Shown piece by piece: positions 1-12,778 of a stretch of DNA of 64,000 nucleotides. Below the pieces are notes generated by a model that saw nothing but the letters and a program-made list of their open reading frames with translations, was not told the origin of the DNA and ran no database searches. Positions within the stretch are counted from its first letter, which is position 1, and every line of letters begins with the position of its first letter. This stretch comes from Octopus vulgaris (lineage: Eukaryota): positions 107,694,001-107,758,000 of the forward strand of contig OX597823.1 in the NCBI GenBank assembly GCA_951406725.2. The letters are read 5' to 3'. Both the position numbers and the translations under genes were made by a program.

Positions 1-138
1 TGGCACTTATTTAATCAACCCTGAAAGGATGGAAGTCAAAATCAACCTCAGTGGAATTTGAACTCAGAGCGTAGTGGCAGACGAAATACCGCTAAGCATG
101 TCACCCAGTGTGCTAATGTTTCTGCCAGCTTGCTGCCT
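1..138 (-). mobile_element. tRNA-headed SINE with Meta-like domain, 5' portion (cut by window edge)
   Basis: Minus strand reads ggcagcaagctggcagaaacattagcac...ctgagttcaaattccactgaggttgattttgacttccatcctttcagggttgattaaataagtgcc: a tRNA-like head with B box, then a CCATCCTTTC-GGGGTCGAT Meta-like motif. Same family at 12260-12735, 39710-39860 and 55205-55380. Confidence 0.7.
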
Positions 139-389
139 TAATTAATAATGGTTATTAATATTGTTCACATGTGGGGTGAGGAATTGCAAACAAAAGCTTA
201 CTCAAGGTATCACAAATCACTTCCTAGTTCATCACCATCTTCACTTCTACCATCATCATCATGTTAAACACATCTTAGCCATCATATCTATCTGTATTTC
301 AATCTATCCCCTTTCTTGCAATGATCCCTGTTACATTAATCATATGTAGAAAGGGTTAAGTTCCCCACTCCTTCCCATCCCACTCACAC

Positions 390-705
390 ACTTCATTGTT
401 TCCTTTAGTCAACCTAGATGCAAGCCTACTTATAAATCAACAGATCCCAACCCTTGCTATGACTGCCACCCACCCCATTTGTTTTACCTGTCCTGTCCCA
501 CTCCTTCCTCCCTGTCTCTTCATCCATTCTCAACACCTGCTCCAGTGTCACCTCCATTTCCAGTCTCCCACACATTTCAGTTTTCCATGTAGTGTGTGTT
601 GAACACACTCTACTACTTCCACCTTGTTTCCTAGCTAAGTGGAGGTAGAAGGTAGTAGAAAGGTAAGCTTTCATTGTTCTTCACACAGAACTACAACACC
701 CCTCT
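390..705 (+). pseudogene. Highly decayed Penelope-like element, linker/GIY-YIG region
   Basis: Frameshifted manual translation gives IVSFSQP...PCYDCHP/CFTCP...PVSH-F...RxxVER-FIVLHT, resembling the Cys-rich linker and endonuclease C-terminus of Neptune-type PLEs. Coding strand is C-rich. Confidence 0.35.
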
Positions 706-1122
706 ACAGTAAAGTTTTTTTTTTCATATATATCCTGCTCATTTTCCTATAAAATGTTCCTATAAATGTGTGTGTATGAGTACAGAGTAGTTTTTTTGTA
801 CTCATTGTCCCTTGGTCACAAAGATGGTTTATAAAGAAACACACCCTGCCACTCAGTGAAAAAGACCCACCCCAAACACACACAGACAATAAATAAACTT
901 TAAACAGGCAGCTGTGAATATTACATGATGAATAAAGAATAAAATATTATTATTAATACTATTGTTGTTGTTTTTTTTTTCTTTTATATTCTGAAAATTT
1001 ACTAAATGACTTTGAGTGCTTGCAACAGGTGGTAAAGTTGAAGTTTGTCACTTTTAAAGTTTCAAATGGTTTTGTTTAGAACTGGTAGAGTTATTGTGTT
1101 ATATGTCCATAATTCATATACA

Positions 1123-1156
<34 letters not shown>

Positions 1157-1453
1157 GTGTGTGTGTGTACATATACAAATATTTGTGTTTATTAGAAAAA
1201 TATAGTCATAGAAGCATAGTAAACAAAAGAGAATGACAACCACCTTAACATGAATTAGCTGGCCTGGCAATATGGTTTGAATAAACTTCAAACTTGTGAC
1301 AACAATTTCAACTCTGACATCTGAAAATATTCTCACAGAACACAAAAGGCATTTATGCAAATTATAATCACTTCCAACACACACACACACACACACACGT
1401 ATAAAAAGAGATCTATTTGCAATTTCACTGCAATGGGTTGCTTTGGTATTATA

Positions 1454-1662
1454 TTCTTTTATTTGTTTCAGTCGTCTGACTGCAGCCATGCTGGAGCACA
1501 GCCTTTAGTCGAAGAAATCGACCTAAGACTTATTTATTGTAAGTCTAGTACTTATTCTATCAGTCACTTATGCTGAACCTCTAAGTTATGGGGATGTAAA
1601 TACATCAACATTGGTTGTCCAGCGATGGTGGGTGGGGACAAACACAGTCACACACACACAAA

Positions 1663-1702
<40 letters not shown>

Positions 1703-1862
1703 ATACGACAGGCTTCTTTCAGTTTCTGTCTCCCAAATCCACTCACAAGGTTTTGGTCAGCCCAAGATTATAGTAGAAGACATGCAAGATGCCATGCAGT
1801 GGGACTGAACCTGGAACCATGTGGTTGGGAAGTAAGCTTCTTACCCTAACCACGCCTGTGCC
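1454..1862 (-). mobile_element. tRNA-derived SINE (octopus-type, CORE-like body, internal microsatellite)
   Basis: Full-length antisense homologue of the element at 54645-55046, with an internal (CA)/(TA)/(TG) tract at 1650-1702. Confidence 0.85.
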
Positions 1863-2253
1863 TTATGTGAAGAAAAATATGTTTTGTTGTTATTGTAGGT
1901 AGTGTGGATGGCAGCCTTTTTAGTTGAAATAACCATCTGCTATTTTACTCATAAATATGAATAGAATGTTTTAATGATTGAACTTTTGATTTATATAAAT
2001 TAATTATTCTCTTTATAACTTTGAAAAATTGAAATTACTCTTACAATTCGTATATCTATAATTATGCACATCACACATACTGAGTTGTGTGTGTGTGCAT
2101 TTTCAAAATGTATATGAAAGGGCCTTTCAGAGTCAAATGTTTTGTTGGCTATAAAAGTAACTGCGCAGAAGGTACCAAAACTGGATGGACTTACATTCAA
2201 CTGGACAAATATTATGTAGTAAGGTGATGGAGAAACTTCAAACTTGCTCAAAT

Positions 2254-2665
2254 CATCATTATCATTGTTTTAAGGTCTGTTTTTCCATGCTCACATGTGC
2301 ATGTTGGAATTTATTAACATGGGATTCTTACAGCCAGATAGGTGCCCTTCATGTCACTAACCTTCACTTGTTTCCACGTAAGGTGATTCCTGATCAGACA
2401 GGTTTTCAAGGAAGATTGCAAACAGAGGTCACTCTGATATAATGATGAGATGGTGCATTTACAACTATCATGCTATGTTAAGACAAAATGACACCAACAC
2501 ACACACACACATGACGAGCTTGTTTCAGTTTCTGTCTACTCACAAGGCTTTGGTCAGCCCAGTCTATTGTAGAAAACATTTGTTTAAAGTTCAATACAAT
2601 GAGACTGAACCCAGTACCTTGTGATTAAGAAGCAAACTTCTCAACCACACAGCCATGCTTGCACC
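2254..2665 (-). mobile_element. tRNA-headed SINE variant with RTE-type 3' tail
   Basis: Same head as 54645 (2510-2665), joined through (CA)n to a tail containing ttttccatgc/gcccttc and ending in (CAT)n. Confidence 0.65.
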
Positions 2666-3257
2666 TATGAATTTACAATTAAATCTGGCAGGGCATTTTA
2701 ATGTGAGAATAGACACACATGGACTTCAAAGAGTACATCTTAACTTGAGTAAATGAAAAATGCTTTTCATAAAGTGCTCAATGAATAATTAAAAGTGTAT
2801 TAATGAAAGAAAATGTGGTTTAATGTGTAGTGATGTACAGCCAAGACATCCAGTATAGTTTAGCTAATAAAAGTTAGAAATGGACATATATACACATATG
2901 TACATGTATACATACACATTCATTCATACATATACACAAGTACATGTATCAATATGTACAGTCTTCTTCCTCTTTGTGTTCATTTATATGTTCATGAGTA
3001 TTACCTTCTGTTCATATACACACAACCGCACAAATACAAACACATACACATATGCGCACTCAGAAAATAGGCTAATTCTTTATAGGAATATATTTTCTCT
3101 TTTCTGTACTTTAATATCTTCAAGCAATTCAACGAGCCTATTCTTAGATATAAATATACGAATAAGAAAATATTCATATATTACATTAGCACATACAAAA
3201 AAAACAAAAAAAAAAAACGGCACAAATAAATGCTTCTATATGCACAGGTATGGTTGA

Positions 3258-4507
3258 GAAATCTTCAGTTATAACATCCCTACACCAAAGCCTTTAGATT
3301 CTTCTGAAAAGCACCACTATCCATGAAAAAATTAAAAATAAAACAAATGTTAATTAATAATGGATATTGGAATAATTTAGCAGTCTAAGTTATACAATAA
3401 CATAGAAACAAAGTCAATAGAATAAATGCAAAACTCATAGAAAACACAAGCATACACACTAGACATGGAGTGTGTTGTGTATGAACTAAATGCCTTCTGG
3501 CTATAGAATTGATGAAAACGTTATCATCACAAAACCCCATTAAATCGAATACAACATGCATTACACCCAATCATAAACTAAATGTAATGATATATTACAA
3601 GAGCACGAAAATTAAAAATCTCACCGACAACAAACCATAAAGCAGCATGCAACCAAATAAATTTCAGATGACTAATGTAATTTGTAAATTCAGATAAAAG
3701 CATGGAAGTTGTAAACTTCATGACTCCAAGACATAAAAAGTACCACCTTTTCTTCTACCCACTTGACTATACATTTTCAGTAAGGCAAAGAGAAAGAAAA
3801 ATACAGATTGCACATAACAAATAAGATGTGTTATCAACCAATTTTTTATTGTATGTAGGATATCTAAACAACTTGAAGACTAAACAAAGAAGCTAAATTA
3901 ATAGCAAACCATGATACAAACTTTACATACAGATCATGTACTGGAGCATCAAAGTAACAAACCTCCAATATAATATTTCCCAATTTTTCTTTTTATACAA
4001 GCCTAAGTTCACCAGTCAGAAAAATGACTAGAATGTCCTGAGTCATTCGCACATTTCCATTTTCTATAATAAAAGAGCCATAACAACCACCTGTACTTTC
4101 AATATTTCATAAATAGAGAAAAAAAAGGTGGGGCAGATTTTAAAATGCTAATGTGGATATTGAGAATTTGTTATTTCAACTAAAATGTGGAAGGATGATA
4201 TTATAGGGAGGAAAAAAAGTTCATAATAGAAAATTTAAAACATGAGCATAAATGAATAAGAAGAAAAATCTTTAGTTATAAAATTCCTACACTAAGGGCT
4301 TTTAGACTCTTCCTGAAGCACTACTGTACAATGAGAAATTAAGAATAAACAAGTGCTAATTAAGAATAGATAATGGAATAATTTAACAGTCTAAATTGTA
4401 CAATAATATAGAAACAACATTAATACAATAAATGCAAAACCACATAGAAAATACAAACATACAACACACAAAGTGTATTCAATAGGCTTCTTGCCTATTG
4501 AATAGAT
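3258..4507. repeat. Pair of diverged ~250-bp direct repeats (3258-3513 and 4266-4507)
   Basis: aaatcttcagttataacatccctacacc...ggaataatttagcagtctaa...aataaatgcaaaactcatagaaaa aligns with aaatctttagttataaaattcctacact...ggaataatttaacagtctaa...aataaatgcaaaaccacatagaaaa. Confidence 0.85.
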
Positions 4508-4544
4508 TCTAAGCTTTTGTACTTGTACATGCACACATATATGC

Positions 4545-4915
4545 ATGGTTGTGTGGTTAAGGAATTAATTTCCGAACCAATGCTTTTGGGTTCAGACCCA
4601 CTTTGTAGCACTTTTGGGCAAGTGCTTTCCACTGTAACCTTGGGCCAATCAAAACCTGGATTTGGTTGACAGAAACTGAATGAGTTTGTATGTGTGGACC
4701 TGTGTCTCCTTGTCTTCACATTGCATAATAATTGTGAGTTACACTGCCATACAAGCAATGTCTGTAATTTCTAATTTTCTGTGAAAACATGTTTGAGATT
4801 GGAAACAGATGAAGGCTGGCAATTGGAAGGGCATCCAACTATAGAAAATTGACAAATTTCATCATCTATGGCTTCTGCATACATCATGAGACTATGGGTC
4901 TGCACTTGGAAGTGC
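4545..4915 (+). mobile_element. Old tRNA-headed SINE with RTE-type tail
   Basis: ggttgtgtggttaag...gggttcagaccc...ttgggcaagtg head and ggaagggcatcc...tagaaa tail. Confidence 0.65.
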
Positions 4916-5327
4916 CTTCTTGAATTTGTAGTCCTTAGAAAAGATTTTTTATTTATTTTTCTTTTTCTAGGAAGAGCTGCATGTATGCAGGTGTCAGCAC
5001 CACCAATGTTGTCCAAGTGAAAGACTGGCTGATACAGCTTGGCATCATCATCACAGACATTGCTGTTAGACTACAAAGAGCAAATACTGAATCTGCAGTA
5101 TCTTTTCTGATACTCCAACAACTCTCTCAATCCACTGCCCTGGACAGGTATGTTATTTATTGACCCCACAAGGATATAAGACAAAAATGGGATCAGCTGG
5201 AGCCAAACCAAATCCTGACTCTCTAATGATTGTCAGTTTACCTCCTGCAGTGCAAATCTAAGTACATATAACTACATGCATATATATATTTACTTATATA
5301 CATATATGTATGTGTGTGTGTGTGTGT

Positions 5328-5760
5328 ATCATCATCATCATTTAGCATTCGTATTCCTTGCTGGCATGATTAGATGGCTTGACAGGAGCCAACAAATCCA
5401 GGGACCGCACCAGGTTTCATAGTCTCTTTCTGGCCAGGTTTCTACAGTTGGATGCCCTTCCTAACACCAACCACTTTACAGAGTATACTGGATGCTTTTT
5501 ACATAGCACCAGCACTAATGGTTTTTATGAGCATCAGCACCAATGCTTTTAGCATGACCAGCACCAGTGCTTTTAATGTAGTCCCAACACCAGTGCTCGT
5601 AACATGGCACCAACAACAGTGCTTTTAAATTGGCACCAGCACCAGTGGTTTTTATGAGGCGCTTTGGTTTGAGGATAGCAGTTCCGAATGGGTTTTCTTG
5701 AGTACAGCAATGCACCACATACCTTGGTCCTTTGACATCTCCCTTGTAAGGCCCAGTCTT
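5328..5760 (-). mobile_element. RTE LINE 3' end (ORF C-terminus + 3'UTR with ggcacc repeats and (GAT)n tail)
   Basis: Minus strand 5690-5756 translates to GLTREMSKDQGMWCIAVLKKTH, matching the C-terminus at 45450-45520. It is followed by the tail shared with 10695-11027. Confidence 0.75.
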
Positions 5761-5771
5761 TTAAGAACGTA

Positions 5772-6066
5772 TGTTTCTTGGGAGGTTCATTATGCGAATA
5801 ATGATAACACATACATTGGTTCAATACCTTTTCTTTATTGTTAGTCAATTGGTTAAATATCTAACCAAGTAACTAATTGATGATTTGCTCAATGTGCTGG
5901 TTAAACAATCAATTGGTTGTCTGAGGGCATGTCATTGAATAGTAACTAAAGGGCTTTGACAAACAACTGATTGCTTAGGTATTGAATTGATTTACTAACA
6001 ATAAAGAAGTAAAATTGAACCAGTGCATGTGTTATTTTACTGGGGTAATGACCCTCCTAAGAACAA
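5772..6066. mobile_element. Fold-back MITE-like element with long imperfect inverted arms
   Basis: ttcttgggaggttcatt...ataacacatacattggttcaat...ttctttattgttagt (5775-5845) pairs with actaacaataaagaa...attgaaccagtgcatgtgttat...aatgaccctcctaagaa (5994-6063). Inner stem caatcaattggttgtc / gacaaacaactgattg. Confidence 0.8.
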
Positions 6067-6417
6067 GATTTGTTTCAACACACAAATTCATATCAAGAAT
6101 CTTGCAAGCCAAATACATAAACGATGTGTATGTATAATATATATATGTATGTGTGTGTATGTATATATATGTGTGCATATATGTATGTATATATGTATAC
6201 ATATATCTGTATGTATGTCTATATGTGTGTGTGCATGTATATATATATATATAAATATATATATATATGCATATATTTATATATGTATATCTATATATTA
6301 GACACTCCACAATAACACAGATACACGCATACATATGGACATATATTTACATATATATGTATATGCACATGTGTGTGTATGTATATATATATAATGAAAA
6401 TATATGACCACACACAT

Positions 6418-7210
6418 TTATAGGGCCATTAAGACATTCAAACAAAAATCATCCCCTGCAACTCACAATTTCCCAAATCAATACATCTATGCATAGAATT
6501 GCAAAAATTTCACAGCATAATAAAAAGATATGCACTAGAGCACTATATTATAAAATCATTCAATAAATTCCTTGAAATTTACGTGATACAGATAAAGTCA
6601 GGAACATTTCTGCTATGGATGCTGAAAGTTTGTTTATGTACATCCTAGTGATAGAAACTCTCAATATAGTCCTAGATTATGTACTTACACATTTGACACT
6701 AAAATCATCCACTACCTCAGGTTCTCTAACATCCTGAAGTACATGACAATTATGAGTTCCCACTCGTGCTCATATTTTCATCTTTCCAAATGTTTAATGT
6801 GGAAAACAAAGTTGTTATCAGGTAAAAATCCTACTGTCTGTACCGAGCACAATGTATTTCTTTTGATAAAAGTGAGCAAGGAGTTAGTTTCATAGACAAT
6901 GTGGAAGAGAACTTCATCTTTACATGATAAACTAATATAACAACACTCAGCAATTCATTGATTTGGATGTGAGTATAAGTATTAAGCCATACAGTATCTC
7001 TGTATAGACTAGAAAAAGAAGAAAACAAAACTGTGCATCCAGGCACAGAGTGAATGTCCACAGAGATATAAAATATTTGTAGTCAAATGCTTACCTACAT
7101 GTAAGACAAACATCAGGTACCTACAGGTATCCCACTAAATTTGTGGACCATACCCTAGAACAGTACAAGATCACATTTAATCACACTGATAAAACATACC
7201 TAGCACCGAC
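6418..7210 (+). pseudogene. Decayed Penelope-like element reverse transcriptase
   Basis: Frameshifted but ordered PLE RT motifs: NHPLQLTISQINTSMHRIAK, IIKRYALEHYIIKSFNKFLEI, SAMDAESLFMYILVIETLNIVLDYV (motif SxDxxSLFTNIP), FQMFNVENKV, QFIDLDVSI, LCIQAQSECPQRYK (7031) and RYPTKFVDHTLEQY (xGYP, 7125). The YVDD motif is lost. Confidence 0.8.
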
Positions 7211-9348
7211 AAGGTTACCAATAACTGTTTGTGGTTGTTTTCTTCTGGTGTTTTTGTATATATATATATATATGTATATAGAGAGAAAGATTTTCGAATC
7301 TTATTGGATTCTCATCCAAGTTGTCTCGATGAAGTTGACCAATCTTGAAGAAATAAGCAGCCAATCTATTTATATATTCAACAATTACAGTAACTACAGA
7401 AAACTAGGGCTACTAATTTGCATACCATAAGTGTTAACACTTTTTCAAAGATCAGGGTTCTGCTAACAGGGATCTCAGTCCACACAGTATCTCAAAGTAT
7501 GATATAATATATGAAAACTAAATAGTACCTACACATATGGAGGTGCTGTATAATATATATATATATATATATATATTACATAGAAGTATAAATTTGCTCT
7601 GTAGCTATTCTTTCTCTCCCTGCAGCCACCCACTGTTTCTCCCCACCTTTCTTTCATCATCATCTCTCCACTTTTCATTTTCATTTGGGATCCCTTCACT
7701 GCATCACCACCTGGGATGCTTTCACAACATTCACACTCTGCTGTTGTCCTTCTTCCTACCTCTATGGGACCCTACAGTGTGTCTTTCCCTCATTATACTC
7801 ACCCACTGCACTCTCAACCTCTTCCCCTTATTCTTTCTCTGCCTCTTCCCCACAACTTCTCTTTTTCCTCTACATCGCATTTCACCTCACTTAGTCTACT
7901 TGCACAACCTGAACACTTTCCTTTCCTTCAACAATTCTCCACCCCAGTCTATTGTTCTCTTCCGATACCCTTTCCCACTCACCATTCTATATTCATCCTT
8001 GTGTAGGATTATCCTAGACTACTCTACAACTCACACTGTTATCTTTCCACTCTTTTCTGTATAACCCCTGTCCCCAATCCCTTTCCTTTCTTCAGTTCTC
8101 TTCCATACACTTCACTCTCCAATTAGTGCCTACCCTGCTACACTGTTACTCATTCAATTACCAATTTTATCGCAAGTGTAAATCTGTCCCTTTCATCTTA
8201 CCTTCCTTGGCAATCACTTACTCTCTTTTCTACTCTTCTTCAATTACTGGGGTCATTTAAGATCCTTACCCTTGCAAGTTAGATAGCAATCATCAAGAGT
8301 GCTAATGCCACAAAAAGAAGTACACTTAGGAAGGGCATCCAGCCATAGAAACCATGTCAGAGTACACAGTAGAGTCAAACCCAGTTTCTAACTTATTAGA
8401 TTCTGTCAAACCATGAGGGAAGCCAAACATTAAGTGATGTTTTTGATGATGATGATGACATAGATATGTGCACATGCATAGATATATCCATGCATTTTAT
8501 ATATTATACATAATTTTCTATTGTATTCATATGTGTGTATGTATGTGTGGGCATATGCATATGAGTACATATATTTACACTTATATATACACATTCATAT
8601 ACATGCGCACATATATACACATAAACACACACGTAAATCATATTTTTTCTCTGTCATTTCATTCATTTTCATACACACACACACACACACTTAGCTCGTA
8701 TAGATTTAAATATTTCATATAAACACTATTACTTGAACATATATTTCCAGTGTGATCTATCTCTCTCACTAATATTTAAATGCATACTCATAGATAAAGA
8801 CACAGCCACCACCCATCTCTGAATACAAGCCTAACCCATTAATATCATTTAAAAAGTCTGTTTGACAAAGTGCCTGATGTTTTCATAATTATTTTCCTCA
8901 ATGATAAACTATCTAAGAAAATGTTAATTATGATAATAACAATAGAAAATGTTATCACATGATGCTGCTAATGTATAACACAGAGTTTCTAGAAGTTTCA
9001 ATAAAATTGCTAGAATTTTCTTCTTTAGAATTATTTTCCTGTTGTGAAGAATGGAAAATATAAAATATTCAGAAAATATATATTTTAGACTGACTCAAAG
9101 AATTTTGATCTGCATCTGCTGTAGGCTTGGCAGTGTGATTAAAAAGCTTGCTTCCCAAACATGTCTCACCACACTGCACATTGGGAAATTATCTTCTACT
9201 ATAGTGTCAGGCCAACCAAAGCCTTGCAAGTGTTTTTTTTTTTGAAGCTGAAAAAACAGAAGCTCATCATGTGTTGTGTGTGTGTATATGTATGTATATA
9301 TATATATGTATGTATATATATATATGTATGTATATATATATATGTATG

Positions 9349-9400
<52 letters not shown>

Positions 9401-10189
9401 ATAGGTGCAGGAGTAGCTGTGTGGTAAGTAGCTTACTTACCAACCACATGGCTATGGAAAATTCTACCGAACAAACATTTGGAAATATGTGGAGAAGGAA
9501 AATTCAAATTTCCAAAAGGTAATGGAACTATGCTTCACAAAAGAGATCCTCAACAAAAAATAACATAACTATATTTTTTTTAATTCCACCTATGAGAGTT
9601 CTATATGCATTTGATTGTATATATGTTAAAGATGATCTTAAACCATTGCTAAAACCTTGTTGGACCTTGCAAAACACTCCAAATTCTTTCCCTCTTCTGT
9701 ACTTGGCTCGCTTTCTCTTTTAGAAAATTCTACATTGGAGCTTTAAAATATATTCAAAACAAAACAGCCAACCAGAAATAGATAAATTTGGAAATATAAT
9801 TGTGATAGCATTGTATATTACTTTTTTTTAAAATTCCATTTTGCAGTCTGAAGGACAAATTCTTGGACAAAAATCAAGAGTAGTGGCTGAAATAACCAAA
9901 ACTTTCCAAATTTATTTAATCACAGAGATGAATCTTTAATTATATTAATTAATTATTTTTAAAAATCCTAATGTGTACTTATGTATGTGTGGTGTATGTC
10001 TGTGTGCACAAATATGAACATGTGTGTATATAGATGTCTTTGAATGTGTGTATGTTTATATATATACATAATTTTCTATTGTATTCATATGTGTGTATGT
10101 ATGTGTGGGCATATATTATGTGTGTGTGCATGTACGTACATATATATATATATAAATAATTGCTGTGTGAGTATATAGTGAACTCAAAA

Positions 10190-10575
10190 ATCACTCTTTC
10201 GAAAACATCTAGAATTTCAATGAAAAAAAGTTGACCACATCCTTACAACTATTCTTTGAATACAAAAGAACAAGACCTGAAACTGTAATTATAATTTTTA
10301 CTGAAGAATGTCAAAAACTCCATCTCAGTTTTCAATTAAAACCTTGACCAATTCAAATACAAAAATTCTTTCTCCTTCCCCAAGTTAAAAGGCCACTAAA
10401 TACTAAATAAACAAGTCTGATCATACCAATACAAAAGCCCTCAAAAATTTTTTTATTCTTTCTTCGCCCTTGCTTGGCAAACCCCACAAAATTCTTTATA
10501 TTTAAAAAGGCCAAAAGATCTAACTTTAAACAACTCTTTGATAAATCCGATAAAGGAAGAAGGTGCTAAAAATGT
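10190..10575 (+). pseudogene. Possible N-terminal Penelope-like RT relic
   Basis: KDLTLNNSLI-(frameshift)-KSDKGR at 10515-10560 resembles the PLE RT motif KxDKG. The rest is unrecognisable. Confidence 0.35.
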
Positions 10576-10694
10576 AAATAAAATGTAAACATATATATAA
10601 TCATCCAACACTCTGACTACCTTATTATTCTAAATATACAATATCTGTACATCACTTCAAACTCTCTTTCTTTCTTTTTTTATATATACATATA

Positions 10695-11027
10695 CCGACT
10701 GGCTCCTGTGCCGGTGGCACATAAAAAGACCATCCGAACGTTGCCACGCCGCCTTGGCTGGCTTCTGTGCCGCTGGCACGTTAAAAGCTCCAACCGATCG
10801 TGACCAATGCCGGACCCTCCCCCTGGCACCTGTGCAGGTGGCACGTAAAAAGCACCCACTACACTCGCGGAGTGGTTGGTGTTAGGAAGGACATCCAGCC
10901 GTAGAAACACTGCCAGATCAGACTGGAGCCTGGAGCAGCCCCTGGCTTCCCAGACCCCGGCCGAACCGTCCAACCCGTGCTAGCGCGGAAAACGGACGTT
11001 AAATGATGATGATGATGATGATGATGA
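10695..11027 (+). mobile_element. 5'-truncated RTE 3'UTR / RTE-tailed repeat, young
   Basis: Tandem ggcac(g/a)taaaaagcacc units, then aagcacccactacactc...ggaaggacatccagc...gcggaaaacggacgttaaa and (GAT)n. CpG-rich. Homologous to 41995-42552 and 45960-46310. Confidence 0.85.
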
Positions 11028-11029
11028 TT

Positions 11030-11076
<47 letters not shown>

Positions 11077-11080
<4 letters not shown>

Positions 11081-11332
11081 TAAGCAATTAAGGGTTTAGC
11101 AACGAATTGCCTTACCGACACGAATTTAGAAATAGCAGTCAAAGAGATTATAGCTATTTCTTCTACTAAAAGGTAGAAGAAATAACTATAATCTCTTTGA
11201 CTGCTATTTCTAAATTCGGTGTGCGGTAAGGCAATTCGTTGCTAAACCCTTAATTGCTTAGTATTACTTAAATTTTCCTCGAATGAGGCTTTTACATGCC
11301 GAAGACTACTTGGTGTAATTGATAATTATTCC

Positions 11333-11337
<5 letters not shown>
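11077..11337 (+). mobile_element. Fold-back insert A in (TA)n (PLE-like inverted pseudo-LTR)
   Basis: Arms 11077-11166 and 11173-11264 are near-perfect reverse complements with a 6-nt loop. Unpaired tail 11265-11337; (TA)n on both sides. Confidence 0.75.
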
Positions 11338-11376
<39 letters not shown>

Positions 11377-11682
11377 TATACATACATATGTATATACACA
11401 TATAATGTGTGTGTGTGTATATCCTTGTTTTGACATTATATGATGTCTTGTGATGATTGTAAATGAGCATTGATATCATACTAGTGATGGTGTTTGTTTC
11501 CAATCCACTCTAAAAGGACACTGTCTGGCCATGGGGAAATATCCTGCTTAGAAACAAGTAAGGCTGGTGACAGGAAGAATATCAACCTGTAGAAATCTGC
11601 TTCAACAAATTCCAAGTGATCCATGCTAACCTGGAAAAGCAGATGTTAAGAAATGATGGTGTGGCAGTGATGGTGCTAGTAC

Positions 11683-11716
<34 letters not shown>

Positions 11717-11769
11717 AGTGTTGGTATTGATGATGTTTTGTTCAAGCTCAGATTTATGAGTTACTTGAT

Positions 11770-12100
11770 ATCTTTTACTTGTTTCAGTCTTAAACTGTAG
11801 CCATGCTGAGGTACCAGCTTGAAGAATTTTTAGTTGAACAAATCAACCCCAGCACATTTCTTTTTAAGCTTAGTACTTATTTTATCAGTCACTTTTGCTG
11901 AGATAAGCACTCAAACACCGATTGTCAAGCAGTAGTGGAGGGGGACAAACACACACACACACACACATTTATATGATTGGCTTCTTTCAGTTTTTGTCTA
12001 CTAAATCCACTCACAAGGCTTTTTTCATCCTAAGTTGCCATGCTGTGGGACTGAACCCAGAACCTGTGTTTGGGAAGCAAACTTCTTACCATACAGCCTC
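11770..12100 (-). mobile_element. tRNA-derived SINE, diverged copy
   Basis: tcttttacttgtttcagtc...ccatgctg...gggggacaaac(ac)n...ttctttcagttt...gggactgaacccag, antisense to the 54645 family. Confidence 0.75.
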
Positions 12101-12259
12101 TATTATCAGAGGCTCATATAGTTTAGGGGTGGGGAAGAATTGTGAATGTATGACTTTCATGCTTACCCGGTGCTTATTAGTAATTTAAGTGAACTTCAGG
12201 GGTTTGAGATCCAGCTATATTAGCTGGATCTTCAAATAATAATAATAATATTACTTCTT

Positions 12260-12735
12260 TTTACTATTGGCACAAGGCCTGAAATTTTAGGGGAGGGGGC
12301 TAATCAATTACACTGACATTCCCACCCCATCCCCGTACTTGCGTGACAGGTACTTATGTTATCAAACCCCAAAAAATGAAATAGTTTCAAACTTTGGCAC
12401 ATGGCCTACAATTGCAAGTGGAAAGGTAAGATGATAACATTGACCCCCAGTGCTTAACTGGTACTTTATTTTATCAACCCTAAAAGGAGGAAAGATAAAG
12501 TTAACCATGGCAAAGTTTTCATGTAGAACATAAAAGAACCAAAACAAATGCTTCAAAGCATTTTTTTTCCAATGCTGTGATTATTTTTCAAGAGCACTAA
12601 ATATTTCTAATTTCGGTATGAAGCTAGCAATTTTGGAAGGTGTTAGTTGGTTGCTTCAACCCCAGCACCTGACTGGTACTTTACTTTATCATTCCAGAAA
12701 GGGTGAAAGGCAAAGTTGAACTTGATGGAATTTGC
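12260..12735 (-). mobile_element. Cluster of three Meta-domain SINE 3' fragments
   Basis: Repeated ggcacaaggcc...ccccag...actggtactt...aaagg...aaagtt modules at about 12265, 12390 and 12610. Confidence 0.6.

Positions 12736-12778
<43 letters not shown>

Noticed and set aside
7537-8240. 175-aa hydrophobic ORF in a pyrimidine-rich tract
   Set aside because: Low-complexity C/T bias explains the L/F/S/P composition; no recognisable domain.
12202-12236. 16-bp hairpin tttgagatccagcta/tagctggatcttcaaa (also a 12-bp stem at 30608-30636)
   Set aside because: Too short for a miRNA precursor call; no context.
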